DNA of 64,000 bases from a bacterium (GTDB lineage Bacteria; UBA8248; JACPRG01; G963555815). Location of the stretch: positions 672,001 to 736,000 of the forward strand of contig CAUVWX020000001.1 in NCBI GenBank assembly GCA_963555815.3, in the 5' to 3' direction. The first letter of the stretch is position 1. Each line of letters opens with the position of its first letter. Position numbers and translations under genes: made by a program. The notes below the pieces were generated by a model. That model saw nothing but the letters and a program-made list of their open reading frames with translations. It had not been told where the DNA came from and did not search any database. Of this stretch, positions 32,975 through 43,157 are shown one piece after another.

Positions 32975-33169
32975 GCTTGGTCGTCCCGCGACATCATCTC
33001 CGTAGTATAACCAACGATACCGTCCGCGCCCACATCGCGCGCGAAGGTGCGCGATGTCTTCGGTTTGCGCGTGGAAGTTGTCCGGGTTCGCAGAGAGCCG
33101 GAAACCATGGGGAACCCGTCCTTCGCGCGGCCGGCACTTCAGCATCCGATGCACCGCTTAGAGGCCGAA

Positions 33170-33335
33170 GTCCGGATGTCCCGCACCCTGGTCGGCAAGC
33201 TGCTCGGGCACCGACGACACGCCGCCACATGATACGCACGCCCCTGCCTCCCCGGCACCGGCAGGCAGGTCCGACGACGACCGCCTTGTCGAGGCCGCCG
33301 AGCACGTCGGCAAAGCTATTGCGGCGGCGATGGTG
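33170..33335 (+). pseudogene. Tyrosine integrase C-terminal remnant
   Basis: VGKLLGHRRHAAT*YA followed out of frame by AAEHVGKAIAAAM. Confidence 0.5.
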
Positions 33336-33508
33336 GAACAGGGCGGGCCGGCCGCCGCAGGCACCAAGGCAATCGTGGAAAACGCGCCGGAAGGGGAAAT
33401 CGTTGTCGGGCGCGAGCGCTGGTTCCTCGTCAAAGAGAAACGGACGAATATAAAGGTTTCTACTCGAATGGAAGTGGATGAGTTTTATGTGCTTGAGCTT
33501 CTGGAGGA

Positions 33509-33730
33509 TCAAGCCTTTGCTTGACGCCGTTTCTCGGCCAATTTCTCTTGGCGCCGTTCCTCGGTCACCCGGATATAATCTTCAATCTGTTCCGGCGTCG
33601 GGACGGGCAAGCCGCCCTTGATATATTCTTCTGAAGACCAGGGGGTCCCATCCGCATGCCATACGAGTTGGCCCCATGGCTCAGCGAAGCGTTTTCCGAG
33701 TTCGTTTCCGGGAGTCATATCTGTATACAT
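33509..33730 (-). CDS. Hypothetical protein (73 aa)
   Basis: ORF with plausible composition; no motif recognised. Confidence 0.4.
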   Translation of the reverse strand: MYTDMTPGNELGKRFAEPWGQLVWHADGTPWSSEEYIKGGLPVPTPEQIEDYIRVTEERRQEKLAEKRRQAKA

Positions 33731-33814
33731 AACGCTAGGGGTTGATGGAATGCGTGTTTTCCATGTCCCTTGGCGGTGGGATCAGAACTTCCGCCGCCGG
33801 AGGATGGCTATCGC

Positions 33815-34687
33815 TCAAAACCTGTATTTCATGGCGAGGCTCAATCCCCAGAACTGGATATCGTCTGTCTGTACCCCGTAGAGAATTGGATCACCGCCGG
33901 GGCCGGTGAGCGACGCATGGCTGCGAAGTTGGTCCCAGGATTTCCCGTCGACCTCGAATTCGCCGTAATCGGCCCAGCGAAACTTCAGCCCCAGCGTGAC
34001 CCGGTCGCGGAGCGGATAATCCACACCGCCGATCAACTGGTAACCGAACACATCATCCGAAAACATCTCTTTGGCGACGGTGGCCGTTCCGGCAAGAGGC
34101 CCCTCCAACTCCGTAGACCGCGTGAAGTTGGCGGAATAATCAAGCGAGACGTGTGACCAGCCAAATCCCACTCCGACATACGGTGTAAACTTCGTGTCGA
34201 TGGGGATGGGGATGTCATAATAACCATTGACGAAGATATTGTGGGATCCAAGGCCGCCGAGCCTGGCGGAAGAGGTGATAACTTCCCTAAAAGCTTTCAA
34301 GTTCGTCACGCCATCGAACGAGGACTCGTTCTCATCGTCATGGGCCGTGGTGCGATAGAAATACTCCCCCTCGATTCTGAAGTCTCTGAAGCGGTAGCCC
34401 AACGCGAGGCCGGACAAGACGCCTGCAGCCCCGTCAAACGCGTTCTTCCAGCCGTTCCCGCGTGTCGAACAACCGGCATTGCTCGGATCACCTCCGAGGA
34501 ACCCATCGCACGCTGAGCTGGAGAGGAAATCGTTGTCCTGGCCGGATAGCGTGACCTCCGGAGAGATCGCCAGCCCCAGCTCCAGGCCGCCATACCATCC
34601 GTTCGACTCGGCGGCGTTGGCGGACAGTAACGGCATCGTCGCCAGGAAAAGAGCGACCGCTCCCAACTTCATCCTTAATGATTTCAT
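33815..34687 (-). CDS. Outer-membrane beta-barrel protein (OmpA-like/Msp2-like)
   Basis: Signal peptide, RIEGEY, NGYYD, PYVGVGFG, C-terminal YRF. Confidence 0.8.
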   Translation of the reverse strand: MKSLRMKLGAVALFLATMPLLSANAAESNGWYGGLELGLAISPEVTLSGQDNDFLSSSACDGFLGGDPSNAGCSTRGNGWKNAFDGAAGVLSGLALGYRFRDFRIEGEYFYRTTAHDDENESSFDGVTNLKAFREVITSSARLGGLGSHNIFVNGYYDIPIPIDTKFTPYVGVGFGWSHVSLDYSANFTRSTELEGPLAGTATVAKEMFSDDVFGYQLIGGVDYPLRDRVTLGLKFRWADYGEFEVDGKSWDQLRSHASLTGPGGDPILYGVQTDDIQFWGLSLAMKYRF

Positions 34688-34999
34688 CCTGAAACTCCTC
34701 CTCCCCGATGGGCGGTTCTGCTCATGCCGAAGGCTCGCCAGCCGTGCCGCCCGAAGCACGCGCAAACCCAACATCGACGAAGTAGGACTCGACCCCGCCG
34801 CCCGTTTCGTGTCCGCTCCCGCCATCATTTCTATTATCTCCGAAAACAGCACGCACGTGCAAGACCCGCCGCCCCCGCGACATCGACCATGGCATGAGTG
34901 ACCCCCAACGATGACCAGGCCGGTGCGCATTATGCGACGGGCGCGTGGCCGGGCGGAACCAGGCCGGCGACATCGCCGCAAACGCCATGCGTTCCACCG

Positions 35000-35227
35000 T
35001 CATCGCCGGCGCCCTGCGATGATCTTCCCGCCCCCTTCCGTTGGGTGGACCACCTTGACGTCGCCGAAACGGACGAAGTACATGTTGTCGCCGACGTCGC
35101 CCATGTGACAAACAGGCTGGTGGATCCCCACCTGCTTCACCACCACGTGCTGGGCCACCAGGGCCAGGTCTTCCTCACTGAGGGATAGCAAGAGGGCGAT
35201 CTGGCGAAGCTCGGAAGCTAGACTCAT
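35000..35227 (-). pseudogene. Cyclic-nucleotide-binding domain protein, truncated at island edge
   Basis: LSEEDL...GDVGDNMYFVRFGDVKV; downstream GE motif missing. Confidence 0.65.
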
Positions 35228-35520
35228 AGGGAAGGTCCCGTCAGGACAGGAGTTGTGGGATGTACACCTCGACCAAGAACACGTTTGTAGCCTATCAAGA
35301 CCACCCAAAGCAAAATTTCCGCACATTTTTTTTTCATATACCACCTTTCCCCCCTGCCCATCAACCCTGGGGGGATCTCCCGGCGATTGAGATGGATGAG
35401 GCGTTGGGCAAGAGAAACCCCTGAGGGACGAAAGGGGCCCTTTCATCTTGACAGGGTGTGAGATATCCATAGGTTATAGGGACCAAAGGGACTTCTAGGG
35501 AATATGGAAGAGGTGGGCTA

Positions 35521-36777
35521 ATGGGGAGAGAAATGCGCTGGGCCACCGGGGTTGCGGTGGTCCTCCTTCTGCTGAGCGGATGCGGACCTGGCGCCTCCTC
35601 TTCAGACACACTTTCCGGAATCATCACGGTGGCGCCGGAGTTTGGAACCGAGGCCCCGGCGAGGGGGCTCCTTCTAATCGTTGCTCGGCCTTCGGCTCCG
35701 GGAGCTGAGGGCCCCTCTTCGGAACCCCCCCTGGCCCTGCAACGGATCCGGGACCCCAAATTTCCCCTCACCTATTACCTCAGCCGCGAAGACCGGCTAA
35801 ATCCCTCGGACCCCGAGGACCGATTCACCGGACCCGTCTATATCCAGGTTTTCCTGGACGGGAGAGGGGTAGCGGATCGTAGCGATTCGGTTCGCCTCGA
35901 GGGAAGTCACGAAAGAAACCCGGTCTGGGTGGGAGACCACGAGGCGCATGTTGTCCTTCGAAAACGCCAGGAAGCGGGCGTTCCGCGTTGGGTGTCGGAG
36001 GTCGTTGCTTTGGGAAACCGGCGACCTCGGGGCCGCGCGCACCCGGAGGGACCTCCCCCTGAGCGGGCGGAGACGGCGACTTTAGGCCGGGGTGTCTCTG
36101 GGACGATTCGCCTGGCCTCTGATCTGAGAGAGGCGGTCTCCCCTGGGGCGGTTCTCTTCATCATCCTGAGACAGGGAGGGGGTCCACCCCTGGCGGTTAA
36201 ACGGGTCTCACAACCACGGTTCCCCCTCGCATATTCCGTGGGGGAGGAAGATCGCATGATCGCCGAAGAAGGGGCCTTCGAGGGGTCCGTAGACATTGTG
36301 GCGCGCCTGGACCGGGACGGGGTGGCCGGGCCGCCCGAGCCCGGGGACCTGGAGGGACGCTTGCAAGGGGCAGTCATCGGGAACCAGGAGGTCAACATCG
36401 TCATTGACAATCGCTTTGGTGCAGTTGAATCGCCGACCTTGGGCCGGACGGTCTCTGGAACGATTCAACTCTCCCCCGAGCTGCGGCAAGAAATCTCTCC
36501 TGAGGCCGTGCTCTTCATCATCCTGAGACAGGGGAGAGGGCCACCCTTGGCGGTGAAGCGGATCTTCCAACCGCAGTTCCCACTGGCGTATTCCGTGGGG
36601 GCGGAAGATCGCATGGCGGCGCGGGGGCGGGCCTTTGAGGGGCCTGTGGAGGTGGTGGCCCGTCTGGACCGGGACGGAACGGCCGGGTTGCCTGGGCCAG
36701 GGGACCTGGAGGGACGCTTAGAAGGGGTGGTTATCGGGGACGGGGAGGTGAACGTCCTCATCAATAGGCAGTATTAA
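35521..36777 (+). CDS. Lipoprotein with three CcmI/CycH C-terminal-like domains
   Basis: Lipobox LSGC; repeated SGTI...LFII...GPPLAVKR..P.FPL.Y...ARLDRDG...GDLEG. Confidence 0.7.
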   Translation: MGREMRWATGVAVVLLLLSGCGPGASSSDTLSGIITVAPEFGTEAPARGLLLIVARPSAPGAEGPSSEPPLALQRIRDPKFPLTYYLSREDRLNPSDPEDRFTGPVYIQVFLDGRGVADRSDSVRLEGSHERNPVWVGDHEAHVVLRKRQEAGVPRWVSEVVALGNRRPRGRAHPEGPPPERAETATLGRGVSGTIRLASDLREAVSPGAVLFIILRQGGGPPLAVKRVSQPRFPLAYSVGEEDRMIAEEGAFEGSVDIVARLDRDGVAGPPEPGDLEGRLQGAVIGNQEVNIVIDNRFGAVESPTLGRTVSGTIQLSPELRQEISPEAVLFIILRQGRGPPLAVKRIFQPQFPLAYSVGAEDRMAARGRAFEGPVEVVARLDRDGTAGLPGPGDLEGRLEGVVIGDGEVNVLINRQY

Positions 36778-36851
36778 TCGATTTTAAACGGATTAAAGGG
36801 TTTCGAGCAGCAGACTATAGTCTGAATTCTGGAAGGAATTTCAGCGGTGGG

Positions 36852-36935
36852 GCCGAAGTGGCGGAATTGGTAGACGCGCTAGGTTCAGGGTCTAGTGGGG
36901 GCAACCCCGTGGGAGTTCGAGTCTCCCCTTCGGCA
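36852..36935 (+). tRNA. tRNA-Leu (CAG)
   Basis: GCCGAAG...TT-CAG-GG loop, variable arm, GTTCGAGTC, CTTCGGC-A; CCA not encoded. Confidence 0.92.
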
Positions 36936-37136
36936 CCCATTCGCCAATCGGTGAGATTGTCCTTCCAATCCATGTAAAATATGATTTAGTGTCTGGTGGA
37001 CAGGAGGCGAAGGCCACCGGTCGCTCTTGAGCGACGGGTGAGACCCTAAGGAGCTTTGAGGACGTCGGTCCGCCGGAGACGTCCTCCTTTTTGTACCCAA
37101 CGAGAAAGTTTATCTCTAGAGGAAAAAAAGCGCCGA

Positions 37137-39656
37137 ATGAAGCGACACGGTCAGGTCAGACGCTATCTCCCCCCGTTGATCGGGCTTGGCTTCCTGCTTT
37201 TGGCCTACGCCGTTGCGTCGAGTCAGGGGACGTCAGCCGCGACCCATGGCGTAGAAAGGGCCTTTCATGTCTTTAGCTTTCTGAGCGACCCCCTGTTTAC
37301 CCCCCTTGAGCGTTTTGCCCTCTTCACCGTCCTGGCGGTCGCCCTGGCGGGGCTTGCCTATGCGGCCCTTCTGGCAAGGCAGATTCGGAGTGCTGACAAC
37401 GGGACAGAGAAGATGCAGCAAGTCGCTATGGCCATTCGCACCGGCGCTAATTCGTACCTGGCCCGGCAGCTGAAGACGGTCGTCCTCCTCGTCCTCGTCC
37501 TCACGGCCATTCTCTATTTCGTCGCCGTGGGCTCGGCGGGCCAGGAGGTCGCAGCGGGGCGGGCCTTTGCCTTCCTGATGGGGGCCACCTTCTCCGGCAT
37601 GGTGGGCTTCGTGGGGATGCGCTTTGCGACGACGGGAAATCTCCGGGTGGCCTCTGCCGCGCGTCATAGCTTTGGGGGGGCCCTTCAGCTGGGCTACAGG
37701 ACGGGGACCATCACGGGGATGCTGACAGACGGCCTCGGGCTTCTTGGGGGGACCATTATCTTTATGGCTTTCGGGGAGAGGGCCTTCGAGGTCCTCTTGG
37801 GGTTTGGTTTTGGCGCGACGCTTCTCGCCCTCTTCATGCGTGTCGGCGGCGGGATCTACACCAAAGGGGCAGACGTCGGGGCCGACCTCGTCGGCAAGAT
37901 CGAGAAAGACATCCCCGAGGACGACCCCCGAAACGCGGCCACCATCGCCGACAACGTCGGGGACAACGTGGGGGACTGCGCCGGTATGGCGGCGGACATC
38001 TTCGAGTCTTATGAGGTGACCATTGTGGCCGCCATGATCCTCGGCTGGGCGAGCTTCGGCCACAAAGGGGTCATCTTTCCCCTCTTGGTGAGGGCGACGG
38101 GGGTCGTGGCCTCTATCATCGGGACCTATCTGGTGCGGGCCGGTGACAAGGGGGACGTGAAGGCGGCCATGCGCTCCATCAACGTGGGCTTCTGGGTCTC
38201 CTCGGTCATCTCCGTCATCGGTTTTTTTCTGATCGGCTTTTACTACCTGAATTTCACTGAGCAGGATCTTCGCATCCTGGTCCAGCTCCGGGGCGAGGAC
38301 GTCCTTCAGATCATGCACGTGGGGCTCGACATGCGGCCTGCGTGGACGACCTTCATCGGGATTCTCCTGGCCATCGCCCTGAATCGGTCCACGGAGTATT
38401 TCACGGGGACCCAATTCTCTCCGGTCAAAGGGCTCGCCAAGGCTTGCCAGACAGGACACGCCACCAACATCATTCAGGGGTTTGCCGTCGGTTATGAGAG
38501 CGCCGTCTCGGCCATTCTGGTGATTGCGGCTGCCATCTTCGGTTCGGTATTGGTTTATCAGGGGACCTCGCCCATCTTTGTGGCCTATGGCGTTGCCATG
38601 TGCGGGATCGGGATGCTGACCCTCACGGGCAACACCCTCTCCATGGATGTATTCGGTCCTGTGGCCGACAACGCCAACGGCATCGGGGAGATGGCTTACG
38701 ACCGAGAGGAGATGGGGGAGAAGAACTACAAGGAAGCCCGCCAGACCCTGGCTGATCTGGACGCCGTCGGCAACACGACCAAGGCCATCACCAAGGGGAT
38801 CGCCATTGGCTCCGCGGTCATCGCAGCGGTGTCCCTCTTTGCAAGCTTCGTTACTATCTTGGCGGGGGGATCGGAGGGGGCGGTGGGGCAGATCAGCTTG
38901 GCGCAGTATTACGAGGGGGCCGCAAAGCTCTCGGTCGCCATCCCGGAGGTCTTCATCGGCCTCCTCATTGGGGGGGCCATCCCCTTCCTCTTCAGCTCCA
39001 TGTTGATCCGCGCTGTGGGACGCGCGGGCGCTCTCATCGTTAGGGAGGTTCGCGCTCAGTTCAGGGATAAGGAGATATGGGAAGGGACTAAGACCCCCGA
39101 CTATGGCCGCGTCGTTGGGATCTGCACGGCCACGGCCCAGAAGGAGCTCATCGGCCCGGGACTTCTCGCCATCCTGACGCCGGTGCTGGTGGGATTCCTG
39201 CTGGGGCCTTTTGCCCTGGGCGGTTTTCTGGCCGGACTCATCCTCTCTGGGCAGCTCCTAGCCGTCTTTATGGCCAACGCGGGAGGGGCCTGGGACAACG
39301 CCAAGAAGATCATTGAGGACGGCCTCTATGGCGGAAAGGGCAGTGAGTCCCACAAGGCCGGGGTGACCGGAGACACCGTCGGAGACCCTCTCAAGGACAC
39401 CGCCGGTCCGGCCATCAACCCTCTCATCAAGGTCATGAACCTGGTCTCTCTTCTGGCCCTGCCGCTCGTACTCAGGTACAACATCACCCAGGGAGTGAGC
39501 CCCGGCGCCATCTCCTGGACCGTCATCGGCATTGCTCTGCTGGCCATCCTGTGGGCGGTTTGGCAATCCCGGCGGGAGACGGCGGAGATGCACCTGATGG
39601 AGGTTGCGGGGGAAGACCAAGCACCCGCAGGAAGCTCTCCTCCTTCCGAGGCTTGA
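37137..39656 (+). CDS. hppA: Membrane-bound H+-translocating pyrophosphatase, K+-independent type
   Basis: GGGIYTKGADVGADLVGKIE, DNVGDNVGD, GNTTKA (Lys diagnostic), GDTVGDPLKD. Confidence 0.95.
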   Translation: MKRHGQVRRYLPPLIGLGFLLLAYAVASSQGTSAATHGVERAFHVFSFLSDPLFTPLERFALFTVLAVALAGLAYAALLARQIRSADNGTEKMQQVAMAIRTGANSYLARQLKTVVLLVLVLTAILYFVAVGSAGQEVAAGRAFAFLMGATFSGMVGFVGMRFATTGNLRVASAARHSFGGALQLGYRTGTITGMLTDGLGLLGGTIIFMAFGERAFEVLLGFGFGATLLALFMRVGGGIYTKGADVGADLVGKIEKDIPEDDPRNAATIADNVGDNVGDCAGMAADIFESYEVTIVAAMILGWASFGHKGVIFPLLVRATGVVASIIGTYLVRAGDKGDVKAAMRSINVGFWVSSVISVIGFFLIGFYYLNFTEQDLRILVQLRGEDVLQIMHVGLDMRPAWTTFIGILLAIALNRSTEYFTGTQFSPVKGLAKACQTGHATNIIQGFAVGYESAVSAILVIAAAIFGSVLVYQGTSPIFVAYGVAMCGIGMLTLTGNTLSMDVFGPVADNANGIGEMAYDREEMGEKNYKEARQTLADLDAVGNTTKAITKGIAIGSAVIAAVSLFASFVTILAGGSEGAVGQISLAQYYEGAAKLSVAIPEVFIGLLIGGAIPFLFSSMLIRAVGRAGALIVREVRAQFRDKEIWEGTKTPDYGRVVGICTATAQKELIGPGLLAILTPVLVGFLLGPFALGGFLAGLILSGQLLAVFMANAGGAWDNAKKIIEDGLYGGKGSESHKAGVTGDTVGDPLKDTAGPAINPLIKVMNLVSLLALPLVLRYNITQGVSPGAISWTVIGIALLAILWAVWQSRRETAEMHLMEVAGEDQAPAGSSPPSEA

Positions 39657-39691
39657 CGAAGGGAACCAGCCGCTTAAGAGGGAGAGGTGGT

Positions 39692-40582
39692 ATGGTCGCT
39701 GAGTCCAGGTATCACCGTTCTTGGCACTATCGCGTGATGGCGGAGCAGCCGGAGTTGCTCGCGGAATTTCCCGCCGAGATGCTCCCTCCCGCCACCCTCA
39801 AAAAGCTCAAAGAGACGCCCAGCCTCGCCCTCGGGGAGATCGCCGGCCGGGACGCCATTGCCGCCATCATCCAACTTGTGGAGGAGGGAAAGGTGGGGGC
39901 GGTCTTGCCGACCGTGGCCTACAATGGGGCCCAGTGTGGGGAACTCGAAAGCATTTACCATGCTCAGGAAATCCTGTCCAAGCGCCTGGGGAAAGATCGG
40001 CTCTTCGAGCCCCTGTTCCTCGGTTCTCCCAAGTTCTGGCAGGCCCTCACCCTTCGCTTTGTGGACGAGCTGCAAGAGCGCTTTGGTTTCTTCACCCCCT
40101 ACGTGGGCTGTCATCTTTACGTCCACGCCGTCCGGATCCCTCTAGCGAAGAAGCTGGGCTGTCGGTTCATCATCTCGGGAGAGCGGGAATCCCATGACGG
40201 GGCTGTGAAGCTCACCCAAACCCCGGCTGTGCTTGACGCCTACCGGAATGCCGTGGCCGAGTTTGGGCTGGAACTCCTTCAACCCCTGCGGGATGTGGAA
40301 CGGGGAGGGGCGGTGGTCGAGATCCTGAAGGAGGATTGGGCCCAGGGAAAACGCCAACTCCGTTGCGCCCTCAGCGGCAACTACAAAGACTCAGACGGGT
40401 GCGTGGATTTCGGAGAAGGACGCCGATTCAGCGACGAGAAGTCCCGCCACTTCCTTGACGCCTACGCCGTCCCCCTGACCCGAAGGATCCTGACCAAGCT
40501 CTGCCGGGGAGAGCAGGTGGGTTATGAAGCCGAAGCGGCCGCCTGCCTTGCCGCCTTAAAGGGCGTTCCCGCCTGCAGTTGA
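39692..40582 (+). CDS. Conserved hypothetical, possible PP-loop/adenine nucleotide alpha-hydrolase-like
   Basis: EIAGRDAIAA, GCHLYVH, ISGERESHDG. Confidence 0.5.
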   Translation: MVAESRYHRSWHYRVMAEQPELLAEFPAEMLPPATLKKLKETPSLALGEIAGRDAIAAIIQLVEEGKVGAVLPTVAYNGAQCGELESIYHAQEILSKRLGKDRLFEPLFLGSPKFWQALTLRFVDELQERFGFFTPYVGCHLYVHAVRIPLAKKLGCRFIISGERESHDGAVKLTQTPAVLDAYRNAVAEFGLELLQPLRDVERGGAVVEILKEDWAQGKRQLRCALSGNYKDSDGCVDFGEGRRFSDEKSRHFLDAYAVPLTRRILTKLCRGEQVGYEAEAAACLAALKGVPACS

Positions 40583-40742
40583 CGCGCTCCCCTGGACCGA
40601 GACCAAATGGTTCAGAGAACGAGATAAAGATCCGCACGTCTTCCTAGAACCAGGAGGGGGGTTGGAAGGCGCTCGCCTTAGGCGGGGTGTTACCTTCATA
40701 TGAACCCCCACCTCCCGCAGGGGTGGTACCGCTTCTACCTTC

Positions 40743-41063
40743 TCAAGTGCCCCACGCCTCAAGCCCCCCCTTGAGGGCCGAGACCTTGAGATAACCCTTT
40801 TCCATCAGTCTGACCACCGAACCGGCGGACGAGCCTTCGCCCCCTCAGGTACAGTAGAGGACAATATGCTGCTCCGGGCTTAAGATCTCATGGCGTTGGT
40901 CGAGTTCTTCTTTGGGGATGGAGATGGCCCCCGACACGTGGCGGCTTCGGAAGCTCTCAGTGCTCCGCGCGTCCACGATGACCAGGTCGGCGCCCTTCCG
41001 CCTGAGTTCTTGGACTTCCAGGGGGATGATTCGGGAAATCTGTTCAGCGGTTACCGTCGTCAT
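40743..41063 (-). CDS. Rhodanese-like protein, probable selenoprotein (CxU, UGA at 40845-40847)
   Basis: RBS AAAGGAGG; IVDARS...HVSGAISIP...IVLYCT-TGA-GGEGSSA...ALKGGLEAW completes the fold; SECIS-like hairpin follows. Confidence 0.85.
40814..40828 (-). promoter_or_regulatory. SECIS-like hairpin (rhodanese)
   Basis: CCGCC-GGTTC-GGTGG, loop at +22 from UGA. Confidence 0.7.
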
Positions 41064-41387
41064 TCGAAATACCCTCCTTTCTGAATAACCCATCCTTCTG
41101 CATGAGCGATGGATGGCGAGAGATACGCCCTTGCCTATCCCTCCCTTACCTCCTCCCCCAGGCCTCGGTGAGGGCAGAAGGTTCCTCGAAGGAACCCTTT
41201 CTTCGGACCCCGATCCAGACTCGCACGAATAAGCTAACCATCTCATTGTCTCATGGTCTCTCAAATGACAAGGTGCTATCTAACGATAGTGTCCTGATTT
41301 CAGGGGTCAGACCGTTCGGCCCAAAAGGGAAGTCGAGGTATGCCTGGATTCGGTGCTGATAACGTCTAGCGTCAAAAGGAGGCATCC

Positions 41388-41795
41388 ATGAGGCGAGCTT
41401 TAATTCTCTCGCTGCCCTTGGCGGTGGGGATCGTGGTGGGGATGATAGGTGATCGGGTTTTCAGTGGCCAACGCGAGCCGATGAAGCGGACCATCCTCCT
41501 CAAAACAGATCTGGCCGGGCTGGAGGGGAAAGAAGGGATTGTGTTGCTCACAGAGTTCAATCCCCAGGCCACTACGGGAAGACACTATCACCACGGCCAC
41601 GAGTTTGCGCACGTCTTGGAAGGCTCTGGGACCTTCGAGGTGGAAGGAAAAACCGTCATCTTTAAGCCGGGGGACACCTTCCATATCCCTCCCAACCAGG
41701 TGCACAATGTCAAGAACAACGGCACGGCCCCGGTGAGGGCCCTGGTGTTCGTCATTCACGAAAAGGGCGAGCCCATCGCTGTCCCGGAGAAGTAG
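41388..41795 (+). CDS. Cupin domain protein
   Basis: HYHHGHE and PGDTFHIPPNQVH cupin motifs. Confidence 0.88.
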   Translation: MRRALILSLPLAVGIVVGMIGDRVFSGQREPMKRTILLKTDLAGLEGKEGIVLLTEFNPQATTGRHYHHGHEFAHVLEGSGTFEVEGKTVIFKPGDTFHIPPNQVHNVKNNGTAPVRALVFVIHEKGEPIAVPEK

Positions 41796-41909
41796 TTGAA
41801 CCAGCAAACACGCCGAAGATTCCCGATGAAGTGGCCGTCTTTCCAGCGGCCGTTCCATTGCCCACACCCCGTCTTGACACACCGGAAAGGGCGGGTTACA
41901 TTTGGCCCA

Positions 41910-43127
41910 ATGCGAAGTGAAGGGTGGTCCTCAAAGGTGTTTCGTTTCCCCTACTCGTTTTCTTCTCCCATTGCCTGGCGAGGGGTCCTGGTCTTTCTTC
42001 TCCTTATTGCGCTCCTCGTCCCCGTTTTCTCTGTGTCAGCCCAGGAGGCCGAAGAGGCTGAGGAAGAGCCCCCCTACCAATCGGCCTTCATGATAGAGGC
42101 TGAAACGGGGCATATCCTTTTCGCCCACGAGCCTGACCAAAGACTGCTCCCCGCCTCCATCGTGAAGATGATGCTGATGCTAATCGTGATGGAGATGGCG
42201 GAGCGCGGAGAGGCCGACCTCGACGCGCCGATCCGGACCTCTGCTGACGCCAGTCGCATCGGTGGATCCCAGGTCTTCCTGAAGGACGGCGAGGTGTTCC
42301 CCTTGCGGGAGCTTCTGAAGGCTGTGGTGATCGCGTCGGCCAACGATGCCGCTGTGGCTATCGCCGAAGGAGTTGTTGGGGCGACCGAGGAATTTGTGGA
42401 GATCATGAACGAGCGAGCCGAGGAGCTTGGAATGACGGGGACCCGCTACACCAATGTCCACGGTCTCCCCGCAGGGCCAAGGCAGGAGGAAAATTTTACG
42501 ACGGCCAGAGACATCGCCCTCCTTGCCCAGCAGCTCACCCGTTTTCCTCTCCTGCTGGAGTGGGGGTCCACCTTCCGGGACGAGTTTCGGAACGGTGAGT
42601 TCACCCTCTACAACACGAACGACCTGGTTCGGACCTTTTCCGGCGTGGACGGCTTCAAGACAGGCCATCTCGAAGAGGCCGGCTTCAATCTGTCCGCCAC
42701 GGCCGATAGAGGCGGGCTTCGCCTCATCTCGGTGGTCCTTGGAAGCCCCTCTTCCTCCGCCCGCTTCAAGGCGACGAGGGGTCTTCTTGCAAGGGGGTTT
42801 CGCCGCTATAAGAAGGTCACTCTCTTTTCAGAAGGGGACCCGGTTGGAGACGCCGTCCTCGTCGCCAAAGGGGAAAAGAGGGCGACGACGCTCACCGTCG
42901 GGGAGCCCGTGAAATTCGTCATCCAGCGCAAGGACGAAAGCCGGATCACCACCCGACGGAAACTCCCCGAGCCCCTGGAGGCCCCCCTTGCAAAGGGACA
43001 AAGGGTCGGGGAGCTTGAGATTATCGTCGGGGACCAGGTGATTAAAACCGCGCCCCTCCTGGCCAGCGAAGAGATCGGCCAGGCGAGTCTCATTAGAAGG
43101 TTCATCGACTTCTTTAACTTTAGGTAG
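41910..43127 (+). CDS. dacA: D-alanyl-D-alanine carboxypeptidase (peptidase S11)
   Basis: PASIVK (SxxK), SAN, KTG; PBP5 C-terminal domain. Confidence 0.9.
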   Translation: MRSEGWSSKVFRFPYSFSSPIAWRGVLVFLLLIALLVPVFSVSAQEAEEAEEEPPYQSAFMIEAETGHILFAHEPDQRLLPASIVKMMLMLIVMEMAERGEADLDAPIRTSADASRIGGSQVFLKDGEVFPLRELLKAVVIASANDAAVAIAEGVVGATEEFVEIMNERAEELGMTGTRYTNVHGLPAGPRQEENFTTARDIALLAQQLTRFPLLLEWGSTFRDEFRNGEFTLYNTNDLVRTFSGVDGFKTGHLEEAGFNLSATADRGGLRLISVVLGSPSSSARFKATRGLLARGFRRYKKVTLFSEGDPVGDAVLVAKGEKRATTLTVGEPVKFVIQRKDESRITTRRKLPEPLEAPLAKGQRVGELEIIVGDQVIKTAPLLASEEIGQASLIRRFIDFFNFR

Positions 43128-43157
43128 GTTTCCCTCCTCCTTTCTGATATCTCCCCC

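Larger units (their letters stand above)
16742..35020. mobile_element. Mosaic genomic island adjoining tRNA-Ser(GCT); right boundary approximate
   Basis: Recombinase next to the tRNA 3' end; R-M, TA, IS and gene fragments; sequence style differs from the host and returns to host style at a truncated cNMP gene near 35020. Confidence 0.75.

Noticed and set aside
16742..35500. Direct repeat of the tRNA-Ser 3' end marking the far island boundary
   Set aside because: None found by eye; the boundary is inferred from composition and a truncated gene only
40574..40582. C-S-TGA as another CxU selenoprotein
   Set aside because: No SECIS-like hairpin at +22, and read-through adds only a short featureless tail
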